Source: Hydrolagus affinis
Taxonomy: Eukaryota
NCBI GenBank assembly: GCA_012026655.1
Contig: JAAILG010000825.1
Span: 1-64,000 of the forward strand
Reading direction: 5' to 3'
DNA length: 64,000 nt
Part shown: one piece after another, positions 25,514 through 38,880 of the stretch
How positions within the stretch are numbered: the stretch's first letter is position 1
How the letters are laid out: every line of letters starts with the position of its first letter
The notes under the pieces: generated by a model
Database searches by the model: none
What the model was told of the DNA's origin: nothing
The model's input: only the letters and a program-made list of their open reading frames with translations
Position numbers and translations under genes: made by a program

Positions 25514-26639
25514 ATGATTTCTCAGATAAATCCGAGAAGATGCAGATTACAAGCAGGAACGGTTTCACTTTGAAAACAACAAGTGGTTTTAGAACTCCAT
25601 ATTATCATTTTACACCCTGCAATCAGGAGTATGGAATAGCTCAGAAAGTAAACTAAAGCAGTCTTTGTTATGAAATGGTCTGGCCTTCAAAATGATCAAG
25701 CTAGATTTACGCAATTTAAAATATATTTTCTGAAGTCCAAATGAAAATGATATATATGTTCATTAGAAGTGGCCTAACTACAAATATATTAATATTTTAC
25801 ACAGATTAAGACAACTGTCTTTTGATTAGACTGGGCAGCTTGTGATTCACATACTAAAACGAGTTCCTTCGGACTCAGGTAGCAAAGGACAGGGGAGCAA
25901 TTCTCAAGTACTAGGAGGTTGTAGATTTATCACCTAATCAAGAACAAATCTGCACTCTAGCCATGAAGAAATGTGACATTGCTACCCCTAATTACTGTTT
26001 TATGACATGCCACGTCAAAGTGATCTATTAATCATTTTATCGAGTGCAAAAAGACATTTCAGTTTGTGTGTACAGTATAACAGAGACTAGTTAAAAACAC
26101 TGCTTCTTTTATTTGTCCTACTTCTATTACAAAATCATACATTGGCTCAGTCTATTAGATCCTGAGACCCAAGCTTTTCCTTGGGTAAGGGCCATATTCC
26201 AAAATTGTCTCTTCAATGTGGGCTGCAGTGTAATGTGTGTATTGTGTGTACTGGTTACCTCACACAGACTATCCACATGTCCTATTATGGGTACAGGTCC
26301 TGCCTGGGGCATGTTGTATTATATTCACTGCTATATTGGAACTACATGCACACTGCTGTTTTGAACTCCGCTGAAATTCCAATCCTAGGCCTAGCACACT
26401 TTAAATTCTGCAAAATAGTCAGGCTACAAAAAATAAATTCCTGACATCTGAGCCTGATAAACACTCTCCAGACTTCTGCACCAAGAGAGTGGGCCACAAT
26501 CAAGGCATCCTCCCGACGTGAAAGGCGCTATATAAATGCAATTTTGTCATTGTTGTTGTACTTTGGGCATTTCCAAGTTGTTAAGACGGAGACGTCTCTA
26601 GCCAGTCTACCAATGCCACCTTCGTAATGGTGGATACGG

Positions 26640-26826
26640 TGAATCCAGTGATCCCTGCTGGCAATGTGGGTGCAACATGTGGCCCTCATGATCGAGCACC
26701 TTACCGGGCTAACTGTATAAAGTCATACATGAAGAACACCCGCCGTGGCAAGGTGTTGCAATACTCCTAATTCCTGCAGAACTGTATCGTATCCTGAGTT
26801 ACAGCATTCTAGTGAACTAGGAAGGA
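26640..26826 (+). mobile_element. Ancient AmnSINE2-like SINE 3' fragment
   Basis: atccagtgatccctgctgg...catacatgaagaa...ggcaaggtg...gaactgta matches the remembered 3' half of this family. Confidence 0.55.
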
Positions 26827-27574
26827 GCAGAAATCATGGTTGGGGGGCAGGGGAGAAGGGGAAAAGAACCGATTTTTTTTAAAAAGACAAAGATGTTTGT
26901 TTCGGCACATTTTGGATTGTTTTGTCTTCAGATCCAAGATACAAATGAGTACAAAGAATTAGAATCTTTCCTAGGAGAGGAACGTCAGTTACACAGCATG
27001 ACATTCTGAAGTCATACGACTATGCTGTTAAGAGCCAAAATACAACGGATCCTGTGATTTATTTGACTAGGATGATAGTCTGATAAAGACGTTTATAATT
27101 ATCAGTGTTGCACCAAAGGGCAGACGCATGAATGGTTTCTTATTTTCAAGACAAATCTAGAGTTGGTTGCTGAAATAATTTGGTAAAAACATTTTTAGTC
27201 ATCTAAACTAGTAGTTTCTCTGCTCCAAAGGCTTTCAGTGTTTTCTCTGCCAAAGAGGAGGGGCTGGAGTCATGCTCTGATTCCCTACAATGGCACTCCG
27301 TGAGTAATCGCTGTAAAGTGTGTGAGAGCAGGTCAGTGTAACTGGCCAATTACCTCTCATTCTCTATGGAGAATATCTGACCTGCACGTGGCAGCTGATA
27401 GCAATGACAGAATTATACCAGAGAATTCCCTGAGCACTCACTCTCTCCACTGTAGAACATGAAGACACTGCAGGATATGTAGCTCTTGGTGACCAAAATC
27501 GATTCAAGACTTTATATGAAAAGTGACAAGTTTCATAGAACAGATTCAAATGTAATTTCTACCCTCAATAATCT

Positions 27575-27760
27575 CTAACCAAAAAGGCTACGGATGCTGC
27601 ATCCATTTACATTTTCAAAATGGAGATAGATAAATATCTGTTAGGTCAGGGCATTAAGGGTTACGGGGCAAAGGCAGGTAAATGGTCTTGGCATAGTTCG
27701 GCCATTATAAAAAAGCAGAACAGGCTGAAGGGGCTGAACAACCTGTTTCTTTCTCTATGT
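27575..27760 (+). mobile_element. CR1 LINE 3' end
   Basis: ttcaaaatggagatagataaatatctg...attaagggttacggggcaaaggcaggtaaatgg...gaacaggctgaaggggctgaa is a chondrichthyan-type CR1 3'UTR. Confidence 0.75.
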
Positions 27761-28394
27761 ACCATTACGAAGAACAGTTTAGTTCTTAAGACAAAATGGT
27801 AGGCGTCCAACTATTACTGATGGTACACTGGCGGCCAGTGGCCAGTGGCTGAATTAATCTGCACCCCCTTCCATTTTATCTAGATCACCCTCTCCCTCCG
27901 TTATCTGTAAATGCTATGTTATGTTTCTGGAAGGGAAACACAAAAATATTGCTTCAAATAGGGCATCCGGCCATCGGCAGCCAATGGGTTGGACCAACCT
28001 GCTTAAGGAGATGGAGGAGGGGAGATGTGCGGCATAGGAAATTGGTCAGGATTCTTGCTCTTGATCACTATACAATAATGACCAATTAGTGACTATTGTT
28101 CCAGAGACTGGGAGAGAAAGTAAGTGAGTTTCTTCAGGGGTGAGTTGGCTTTAAAATTACATGTTAGCAAATGGAAGATCACAAGCAAGTTGGTCCATTG
28201 TGGCCATCTCGGAAGCCAGTTACCTCAGCACAAGACTTGGAGAGGCAGATCAGTCACTGGAACAGGGATTCTTCGCACGTAGTTCCTGTTAACACTGAAA
28301 ACCAAAGCCAGAGAGTGGATAGGAAGATCCAAGTTGGATAAGCAGCAGGAAGCTTGCCAGACAGTGTTCATAATGATAAGCTACTCAGCTATAG

Positions 28395-28655
28395 CTACAA
28401 CTTGGATTTAGTTAGCGCCTTCCATGCCAGATGGCGTCTCAGAGCGCTTCACAAAGCGGATCCCGGGGCCAAGCCAGGGAGAGGGGGAAAAAAGTGACCA
28501 AAAGCACAGTTGAAAGGCACGACCTGAAAATGGGAAAGGAGGGGGTAAAGGAAGGAGTCACAGAAGAACAGAGGATTTGGGGGACCAGTATAAGGCCAGA
28601 TCCAGTACCAAAGGCAACGAGTACTGTTGTGAGAAGAGGTCAGAGAGGTGGCTAG
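28395..28655 (-). mobile_element. L2 LINE 3' end
   Basis: gcgccttccatgccagatggcgtctcagagcgcttcacaaagcggatcccggggccaagcc is the reverse of the 7660-7720 tail type. Confidence 0.75.
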
Positions 28656-28889
28656 TGAAACTACAAAAGTATCCAACTCCACACCTTGGATACCCAAACA
28701 TTGTTTCTTGACAGCCTACCCCGAATGCTTAACAGGATTTAGCTAAGTACAGTAGTATTGGTTCCTCGGGAAAGAGTGTATACGCCATTCCAGACAAATG
28801 GGAATTCCAGCGGATATATGGAACCGTTTCTGGTTTGGATATTCTTAAGTGAGTTGATGGGTTTCAGACAACCGCCTGACAAAACATAT

Positions 28890-29035
28890 TGCAATCAAGA
28901 CCTCTGCTGTGCGTGGGTGAATGTCGGGTAGGGACAAGATTGGCCTTGATTATGATAGCTTCCAAAGTAAAGTAGCCTGCCAACTTTCATTGTCTATAGA
29001 AATTCAGATAGCATGACTATTGTGGTGAGATCGCA
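28890..29035 (+). mobile_element. Ancient AmnSINE2-like SINE fragment
   Basis: gtgggtgaatgtcgggtagggacaagattggcc...tagcctgccaactttcattgtcta. Confidence 0.5.
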
Positions 29036-30091
29036 GCATCATTATTTACTTTGGACTGGTGCCTACATTACCTTTTGGTGGCTTGAGGGGCCAGTTTATG
29101 GTGATTTCATCATTGCTTTCTGTACAATTTGGCAAGCTGTGTCATTGGGGTACTTATACAATTGTATTAATATGGAAATGGGAGGGAGTTCCCATCTGGA
29201 AACTGCATGAAAAACCCCTAAACCTTTTCCTCGTGTGAGGCACTGTCTTCAGGAGGCGAAGGAAGAAACTGAGAGGTATAGGTTTTAAGGTTAATATCAG
29301 TTTCTGCCATATTTAACAACAGATCATCAAATACAGATAAATATCTAAATGCTAGATTTGATAAAGTAACCTATTTTATTATAAGTAATGAAACTGCTGT
29401 GTTCGCTATAAAGGGCTAGTGTGTTGTCAGTATTACAATGGATTTTAGTGTAACTATTCACTGCCTTACATGTTATGCCAGAGGATTTATAACTTAAAAT
29501 AGTATTGTTTTACAGGTCATTTCACTCAACAACAGTACTGAATTATTCAAATGTGGCGAAAAACAAGTCTCACACAAATTTAATTCTGGTTCTTTACACC
29601 TCGGAGCACTACAACAACATTAACTAAACGCACTGATCTGAGAAACATCTACCACAGCTTTTAAAATGGGCACGTATAACAGGGCAGATCAATGTAACAC
29701 TTGCTTAGAAATGATCAGTCGTGGTCCCAGACATAAAAATTATTGAACTATGCAACAGAAATGTGTGCTCCTTCTTATTTCACAATTACCATTACCACAC
29801 AAAAGCTGAGGAAACGTCTTCACAGCAATGAAACCAAACATTTCAATGAAGGAATTTGCATGTTACAGTCATGCCTGGAGGAGGGCGAGTTACACAATAC
29901 TATACGACCTAGAAAAATCTCCCATGGTGAGAAAGTCTGTTTGAAACACATTTACATTTTACGCGGAACAACTCATCTATGGAGAGAAATGTTTAACAAT
30001 TTTTTTAAAAATCCAGTAAATCAGCCTCACAATCACAATCAGTTTTCTGCAGATTAAGGTGTTTAGCTCCTGCCCAACCTTCAACTAACAG

Positions 30092-30416
30092 TGGAGTTGT
30101 GCAGCTCAGTGGTTAGAGCACTCGCTTTACAAGAGTGAGACCTGCGTTCGAATCCAGGCAGGTCAGGGCGAAACCTTGGGCAAGTTTCCTTGCTCCACAC
30201 GCCTAATAATAATCCCTCCAAAAAAACCACATTAATAAAATTGGTAATTTCAATCCACGACCGTTTGTGGGACACTGCTGTGCGCAATTGGCTGCCGCGT
30301 TTCGCCCACGTATATACAGTCAATTCACTCTATAGTACATTCTGTGAAGCGCTTTGAGACGTCTAGAAGACGTGAAAAGTGCTATATCAAAATGCAAGGA
30401 TTATTATTATTATTAT
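30092..30416 (+). mobile_element. tRNA-derived SINE, full length, insertion-bearing subfamily
   Basis: A box gcagctcagtggttagagc, B box gcgttcgaatcc, extra bases (caggcaggtcagggcg) before the core, and a complete tail with (att)n. Confidence 0.92.
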
Positions 30417-32937
30417 AATCTCCGAATTTAGGTAAATTGGGTGCTTTCCTCACAGGAGATTGCACTGGGTGCAATCCAGATACAGGGAAAATTTTCATGC
30501 ATAGATGGCATACATACATGGAACTCACATTATAAAAATAACGGGTGAGTGGAGAATAAAAATCACAAATCATCAGGTGAACTCACGGTGTGTGTGAATC
30601 AGTCGCTATGTAAATAATTTTTTTGGGTGCATCAAACGTTGTGTGACAATAGGAAATTCTATGCTGATGACAACAATAAAATTGGTCATTCCAGGTTTCT
30701 GACAGATTTAAAAACCTTTACTTGGAACTCAAATATCCCACAATTGCTAAGGTTGGCTTCAGAGGTACGTCAATGCCCACAGGACAATTTATCCAGAAGA
30801 TTAAAAATAAAATGAATTTCCTGACTTCACCCACTCACTGATGAAACTTGTACGAGTATGAAGTCTCACCCTGTTATATTGGACTCCGGATATTGTAATA
30901 TAAAGTATTATTCACCCAACTCAAATCTGGGTTTGTAGATAGCTACTTCAAGCCATTATCTGCACTGGTATTACAGTACTTGCGTAATCTTAAATACAAT
31001 GTTCATTTCCTTTTGATGTCAAGAGATTTATTAGCTGTGTGCCAGATTCCCTTTATGACATTCAATACAAATACAACAATTTACATTTATATAGTCAAAT
31101 TAAAATACTACAAAGATCCAGTTCTAAACTACTGTATCCTTAATTTTTTAATCCCTTGTTTTCATGTCAGACCACAGTCTTCAATGTAACATCTGTCATC
31201 AACAAACTATAACCAAACTCTACTACTATTTTAGTCTCAGTCTCAATTTATTTGTGGTAGAAAAAAAGCACAATCAAAAAGTTTGGGTGTGGAAGTGAGA
31301 GAAGTGACATTGAAATTCACTTTTGAAATCTTGCTCCCTGCATCCCTGTAAATGTAACGTTTACTTTTGAGTATTTTTTCTGAAAACTGCTCCACACAAC
31401 AGACGTACGTACACCTCACGCACTGCTGTGTCCCATACCTTTATACCGGCTATGTGTTATATAGTTTATGAATAGCCCTTTAGTCCATACACTGCATCCT
31501 TGCTGCTATTATGAGTGGGGAACAACAACAACAACAACTTCTATTTATATAGCGCCCTCCACGCCGAACAAGGGGTAGGGGTGGCTACAGATGGTAAGGA
31601 GTTTGCTATCATGGGCAGGGAGCACAGGGATTGCGCTCACACTGCAGACTGACTGGGACTGCAGCTTAGAGCAATACCATTGCATTAAGTTGCATGTCTC
31701 TAAAGCTATCCGGATGGCCAAGCAGGAAGGAGGCTAGCGTGCAAATCCCCAGCTCAGTGACCACACACAATTTCTATCCTCATGACCAACTACTCCGAGG
31801 TCTCTATCAATATCATGTTATGGCTAGCAGCCAGTAACAGTATGATTCATGCTTTCCTACATTTATAGTATCAGGAATTCAATAGCTCAGTTAAAATTTT
31901 ACCAATCCAAAGAACAGCACTTTGAAGAATTAAGATGCTGGATCATAAATACATTCCCCCCACCCCAATGTCTTACGTTTAAAGCAGGTATTTAGAACTT
32001 ACATAGCACATGAATAATTCAACTGAAAAATCACATTGCATCACAACTATTTTGCAGTGTAAACTGCTGTATCACAGAATTGCTGAAATAAAGATCAGGC
32101 TCGCTTTGTCCAAATATCACTGTGATCTTTAACCTCCATCCCATGCATTCTGATGGAGCCAAACAGGGCAGTATATCAGAAGGGACAGCATACTGTGAAG
32201 ATGATTGGAGAGAAGTGGAACCCTGCCGTTAAGAGTAATCCCTCACAATGCTCCGACACTCGGAAACATTACCAGCATTGTACTATATGCCCTTAAAATG
32301 CAGTTATTTATGCAGCTATCTGCCAGATCTCACAAGGCAGGGGAGGTGGGGGGGAGGCGGGGGCATGTACTTCTCAGCCCATTATCAACACTCAGATTCA
32401 CACTCCAATGAACCTCATATTAGTTTAATTCTCATCTGCACCCCATAGAAAAAATGAACTTAAATCAGGATTTGATCTTAACTGATCTGAAATATTTGCA
32501 AAGTATATTGACAATTAAAAACGTACAAAAAAGTGCCACAATTTCAATTAGCTGATACTGTACAATATATTGAGGTGAATGAAAAAATTTAAAGCAAAAG
32601 TTGATTTCTGATGTGGTCTGTTGGAAACCTTGCAATTAGACATTAGATGGTTAAATAATGTGTGAATTCCCACTGGAACTAAATCCTGTTAGATTGAGAT
32701 CATGCCTTCTTTTGAACCTGAAACACATTCAGGGATCGGAGAGAATCTTTCCAGTTTTTTCTTTCTTGGAAGACTTACCTGTGTTTATTTAACACCCACA
32801 TGGCAGAATGTTGAGAAGGATCAATTAGAAAAAAAAGTTGAGTGGAATGATCCCTTTATTCACAAATGCTCAAGGCAGTCACTACTCTGGTATTAATAAT
32901 AATAAGCCTTGCATTTGATATAGAGCCTTATCACGTT

Positions 32938-33101
32938 GCCTTTTGTTCCCCCCCGAATTCTTCGACCTCCCCTTCGTGTTTCACCCCCGTCCAAACACTC
33001 CCCTCCCAGCTCGGGTCACACTCCCCCTGTGCAACGCCTTGGGACGTCCTCCCGACGTGAAAGGCGCTCTATAAATGTAATTTGTTGTTGTTGTTGTTGT
33101 T
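32938..33101 (+). mobile_element. L2 LINE 3' end inserted in a SINE
   Basis: caacgccttgggacgtcctcccgacgtgaaaggcgctctataaatgtaatttgtt(gtt)n. Confidence 0.85.
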
Positions 33102-33131
33102 GAAACGTCTAAAAGCACTTCATAGAATATA

Positions 33132-34021
33132 CAGGTAGACCCCGCTTACCGAATGCCCGGTTAATGAAAGTTCACTATAACGAGGGTTTGTGTTTGTACC
33201 TCCTATCCGCTTAGCGAAAGGCTGCGTTCGCCACAGCGAATGTTTAAATCTCGCGCGCTTCTCGTCCAAAAGACCAAAATGAACGCCATTGCCCCCTCTC
33301 CGCTAGTATAATCCAAGAGAAGGCCTGTACAGTATGGGAGGAGCTTAAGCGGCTGGATGCTAGGCAACCACATGACGCTACTCGGAAAAAGCCAGCGGAG
33401 ACTTTTGCTGCTGTTAACGGGCGGCTTGATCATTTTTGAAAGCGATACGAGCTACATTCTATCACGATGTGCAGGGAAGCTGCTAGTGCGGATGTTGCTG
33501 CTGCTGCTGAACATTATCCAGATGAACTTAGAAAAATTATCAAGCAGGGAGGTTATACACCACAACAAAGTACATCCCCTGACTTTCCAGAGCCTATTGA
33601 TTTGTCACCAGATTCTCCCGATTCTCCAGCCTCCTCCTCCTCCATCAACTATTAAAACGTAGACCTCCTCCCTACTCCTCACCTCATCTTATTGCACGGG
33701 AACTTTCGTTTCGTTTAAATGGTGTTAAAAATTTACTAAATAAAATACTGTTCAGATAAACAAAACAAACATTTTCATTTTTTATTCTTTCATATTTTCA
33801 ACTTGTAATTAAAGTATTGCAGCCTTCAATAGCAGCTCTGCCCACCTTATACCTTCGCTGGTACTGTACACCGCAAATGTTAGCGCTAGGCACCGCTGGG
33901 AACGAAACTGATTTTTTTCACATACGGAAACACAGTAGCGAGCTCCCACCCGCTTAACAAAATTCTCGCTTTACGAGGAGTTTCGAAGTCCCTAACCCCT
34001 TCGTTAAGCAGGGTCTACCTG
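33132..34021 (+). mobile_element. Tigger/pogo DNA transposon, internally deleted, with a transposase remnant
   Basis: TIRs caggtagaccccgcttaccgaa and ttcgttaagcagggtctacctg with TA on both sides. About 33272-33569 translates DQNERHCPLSASIIQEKA...FAAVNGRLDHF*KRYELHS...REAASADVAAAAEHYPDELRKIIKQGGYTPQQ, the CENP-B-type HTH and GEAASAD linker of Tigger transposases. One stop codon; DDE domain missing. Confidence 0.92.
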
Positions 34022-35004
34022 TATTTTAAAGTATAGTGACTGTTTTGTGGGCGGAAACGCGGCAGCTAATAAGTATAATGGCTGTCTGTGGACATTCCTG
34101 TGAGTGAATTGGCTGTCATGTTCACCTACAAAGACAGGCATTGCACTCTGTATTTAAATCCTGCAGTTCACTCTGAGACATTTCAATTGAGTTGCTGCAC
34201 CAAATGAAGGATTCTTACTGTCACGGTACCATGGTAAACGCAGAGCAATATAAACTGACATTAGATACAAGTAGCTTTTCTAAAGGGATACAATCGGCAA
34301 TAAAAAGGTAGAGAGTCTGGAGAAATGCTGAAAGATTTATAAATTCGTGCCATCACTGTTTTAAGATGAACTCAGTGCTAACTAAGATCTCTACATGTGG
34401 CTGCAGATACTAAATAGAGAAGGTTCAGCACCCATTATGTCACAATCAAAACAAAACCAGTTTCCCTTAAATTCCCAATGAACAGGAAACAGGCACAATA
34501 GTTGCTGATTAGTACATATACTTGTTTGACACCATACTGAAAGGCTGCAGCAACTTGAATTGACATATCCTATAACTATATTCATGTCCTTGACTGAACT
34601 ATTTTATTTACATCTTTAGATCACGTTTGCAATTCACCTGTTGTTAGTTTTTTTCTCCAAAAAGCGATCGTTAAATTTGAGCAATAGCACGCAAACAAAA
34701 AGCACGTAAAAAGTCAGATAATTAGTTTTAAAGGAAGCATGTAGTCAACAATCTTTCACATGAAAATTTAATGTAGTTTCCAATAACCTTGGATTAGAAC
34801 TTTTAAAATACTAAATGAAAATATATGCCCATCACTTGAAAACAAAAAACACACGGTAATAATATCCACTTTCATCTTACAAGGGCTCATGCATATTTAT
34901 TGTATAATAAATAGCATAAGTTATTACAGGAACTAAGCTCATACAACATTTACATAGAATTACATAGGATGATACAACATGGAAACAGCCTATGTATAAT
35001 ATCA

Positions 35005-35320
35005 ATAATTATTGCATTTACTACAGCGCCTCATCATGTCTTTTATATGACGTTAAGTGCTTCATAGAATGTACTGTAAAGTGAATTGACTGTATATTTT
35101 GGGGCAAAAACCCGGCAGCCACTTACGCAAAGCAGTGTGCCACAAACAGTCAAGGATTGAGTGACCAATTTATTATTTTTGATTACGGGACTGGCATGGA
35201 ATGGACACCATGACCAGCAGTGTTTATTCTTATAGGAGGCACAGGCTGACACCTCAGCTTGGATGGCACCGTCAGCGATGTTTTACTGACACTTTCAGTG
35301 TTACCATTGGCTCCACTGAG
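35005..35320 (-). mobile_element. Old SINE (tail plus Deu-like remnants)
   Basis: Reverse SINE tail (35005-35180) followed by ggacacca...ggatggcacc fragments. Confidence 0.6.
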
Positions 35321-38300
35321 GCCATTTCATGCCTTACTTCAGCACTAACCCACACTGATGATTTTGAAAACATACATTTATTTTCAAGGTCTGTGACAGT
35401 GATGTATGTGCAAAGGAAACCAAGCCATCAACATTCTCAAGCTTCTGATGATAAGGGCTGGAAACACAGTATTGATGATGAAAGATGGATACCCTCCCAC
35501 TGGTTAAAGACAGGCATGACCTACAAAAGGTAGAATTTAACTAAATAAAAAGTTCCACTCAGACTGCCACCAGACAAAAACATGCCGAGTGCATATTATC
35601 AATAGACCGTAAGTTCAATTGATTTAACTTCCTGTGCCATTTACAAATAGTGGTGAAGCAGATGTCTGGAATACCTGAAAAAATATAATATCCTTTAGGT
35701 CAGCACCAAGGACTGGCAACTCATGTCAAAGTACAACAAGCAGAAGTGATGAGTACTTATTTCAGGATATGTGTTTACATGGACCCAAAATTAAGGCAAA
35801 AGTGTTTAACTTTGTACGAGACATCTTCTGACACTTAACAACATCCAAACATTTATAATGTGCCAAACTCTTAAGTGTTGAAGAATAACTGTGATTTCTC
35901 AAATAACAATCTAATCCTTCCATCCTTGCATTTGATTTAGCACTGTATCACGTCTTCTAGATGTCTCAAACTGTTTGACAGACTATATAGTAAAGTGCGA
36001 ATGACCAAACACTCTTTCAAGCCCATTGATGAAAAGTATTTGCAAAATATCAGACAAGGTAGCAGGAAATAAAAAGTTTCTTATCAGTTACAGTATATCA
36101 TTCTTTGATGAGATTTCTTGCACTACTGTAGTAAATAATCTTGTAATACCACAGTAATTACTATAATAGTCCTTGCATTTCATACATCACATCAAAACAT
36201 TTCAAAGCACTTCACAGTAATTATTATTAAGTGTAGTGATTTGGTATTTGTAGAGGAAGCTAATTTGCACACAGCAATGTCTCACAAACAGCCAGGAGGT
36301 GAACAACCAATTTTATCAGAAGCTATGAGAGGAACATATAATCACTTCCTTTAGTCAAAATTTTCAGTTTCCAAAGTTGTCTTCATTGCATTTAATTAAT
36401 GACAAAAAGAATAAAGTGAAAAATTTGTTTCAACCCTTTCACACTTGGCACGTTACCAATCAATCAATTCGCAAGATGAACATCTGCAGGTCTGCAAACC
36501 TAGGATAAATAAATTACTGTAATATGATGTATGTGAACAAAAACCACACAAATGTCTCCCATTTATCTCAATGATCTGAGATCCGGCATAGATCATCCAT
36601 TACCAGCACAGACGCTTAAAACACATGTAACCATTAATCGAGTGCTCTGCATTTGTCAGAAAAAAAAGCATTGCAAGTACTGTATAAGAAATCATAATTT
36701 CAGAACGAAAACATGAAGTAGAAATGTCCGCCTGTTATCAACTAACCCAACAAATGATCTTAAATTATTGTGTGTGCATTTACCCTCAATGTGTCTTTGT
36801 ATTCATTTTAGAATCACATGAAAAAATGAAAAGATGTTTATGCAATATTGTTCATATTTCAATTTGTTTTTGTACATAGTTTGGCATGATGAATATTGTT
36901 TGGAATGAACAGGATGACCTTTTCCTCTTGTGCTTTTGTAGAAATTGTTCCCTACATTAACTCCAAATATGTAACTATTAGTTAAATTGCCCACCCGTAC
37001 AGATTTTTTTTTTACCATCCATGAAACAAAATAACAGGACTAACCACTAAACTACTGACAAGAAATAAGTCTCAGCACCAGAAGGAATTCTCAACAAGTG
37101 GCTATAAATCTCAAGTCTTCGGAAACCTCTACATGAGCCTCAGAGATTTCTATGTCCGTGTGTGCAATGAGTCAGGTACAGGAAGTGGTTAGTGAACTCA
37201 AATCCACAGACACTACAATTAACTTCAAGTCTGGAATGATCCAGCCATAATTTGAGCCAAATTAATGAATCAAAAGGACTTAAACAAAACAGCAACTTCT
37301 CCTAGGAATCATTTGATAAACAAATTATTCAGAGTATCCGATTGTATTCAAGTTCTACTTTTAAGCATAGATCATTTCACTGACTGCATTGAGGAAATCA
37401 GAATCACTGACCACATCAAATATTGTGCCCTTTGATTTAGTTTCCCCCCCCGCCCCACTCAAAATATAACCTAATTTATTTACTGCACAGCAGGACAGTA
37501 AGTTCAGTGTACCACTGCATGTATTAACAGTGAGGCTAGTTTTGTAATACATGTTTTTTCCTGCAGAGGTGAATACAGACGCTTGATGGAGTCAAATATC
37601 TTTCCCCACAAGAAGAATGAAAAGTGATAACATCAGGACAAAAAAAAGAACAAGATACAACGTCGTTATAAGGCACTACATCAAAATACAACAATTATTA
37701 TTATTTCAACAACAGTAGTGGAGTCATCAGATAAAATGATGGTAGGAAATTCATATAATATTCAGACGCATCCCCTGATCTCCATTATTATTTCAGTGTC
37801 AATCTAACTTGAAAATGATCTCAAAAGGATTTGTGCATACTGTACACACAAAGCAAGACATATGTTCCATAAAAATGAGCAACAAAAATTGTGAAAAATT
37901 GGGAATTCCCTGAACAGTCTGACCTTAGTTTCAACTAATCATAACCTTTCAAAACATTCTGTCCTATTAAAATTCAATTCACAGGTGAATAATGGTTTGT
38001 TATGAATATAAAACAGAATTGTGGAAAAAAAATGAATTCAGTACCACAACTTGCATTATTATATAGCGTCCCTCACACAGGGTGACGTCTCAGACAGCTT
38101 AATTAGAAAGCCAGCTTTCCACGTTTTTAGAAAGTAGTGGTTTCCAAATTAAGAATTAATTTAACAATTTTCCACATTCTGTTTTTAAATTTTCTTCCAG
38201 AACAGTGGTTTTTCCAAGACATCATGGAAAGTCTGGCAACTACAAGCTAAACCCTTAAAGTTACCCAACTGTGTGCATGTGGTGTTTCATCACCCATGGC

Positions 38301-38780
38301 CTAGATATCACGATCCTCTCATTCGTTTTCAAATCCCGTCATGCTCTTACACCTTCCTACCTACAATATACGCAAAACAAATTCTACAAATAATAGTTCT
38401 GGTTCTCAATTCTATTGGATGTTTTTGTTAGGGGAGGGTCGAGCAGAAAGGGATTTCTTCACATTACGTTTGAAACATTTTTTGCGCAGTATGGGATAAA
38501 AACTGAGGAGTGGGATAAGCTCCCACCATATATATTCAGTTTCAACAACAGACCATAATGTGGCTCAACCTCCCATAATATGGCTCAACCATAATCTCAG
38601 TGTTTTTTTTTTCCATTTTCCACATCAAAAATGCTTGTGGCCTGGATAAGACTGCAAATGTAATTCGCATGTGCCAAATCGTTCCTCTGGGTCAATGTCC
38701 ACTGGAATGTATTTGGACGAGCCAAACGTGGTTCATATAGAACTCTTGCGGACAACAGTAGGTGACTCTCATTCCATCTG

Positions 38781-38880
38781 NNNNNNNNNNNNNNNNNNNN
38801 NNNNNNNNNNNNNNNNNNNNNNNNNNNNNNNNNNNNNNNNNNNNNNNNNNNNNNNNNNNNNNNNNNNNNNNNNNNNNNNN
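38781..38880. other. Assembly gap (100 N)
   Basis: Run of 100 n; true size unknown. Confidence 1.

Larger units (their letters stand above)
32894..34070 (-). mobile_element. SINE 3' part split into three pieces by an L2 and a Tigger insertion
   Basis: Pieces 32894-32937, 33102-33131 and 34022-34070 join into a contiguous reverse SINE tail. Confidence 0.75.

Noticed and set aside
28743-28848. Frame reading VYAIPDKWEFQR before a gtgagt donor, reminiscent of a tyrosine-kinase juxtamembrane motif
   Set aside because: No Gly-rich loop follows, the acceptor is poor, and the better upstream acceptor gives stops in all frames.
38552-38596. Short direct repeat ccataat.tggctcaacc (similar 2-copy repeats near 60709-60751 and 61512-61537)
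   Set aside because: Two-copy slippage duplications without spacers; not CRISPR-like.
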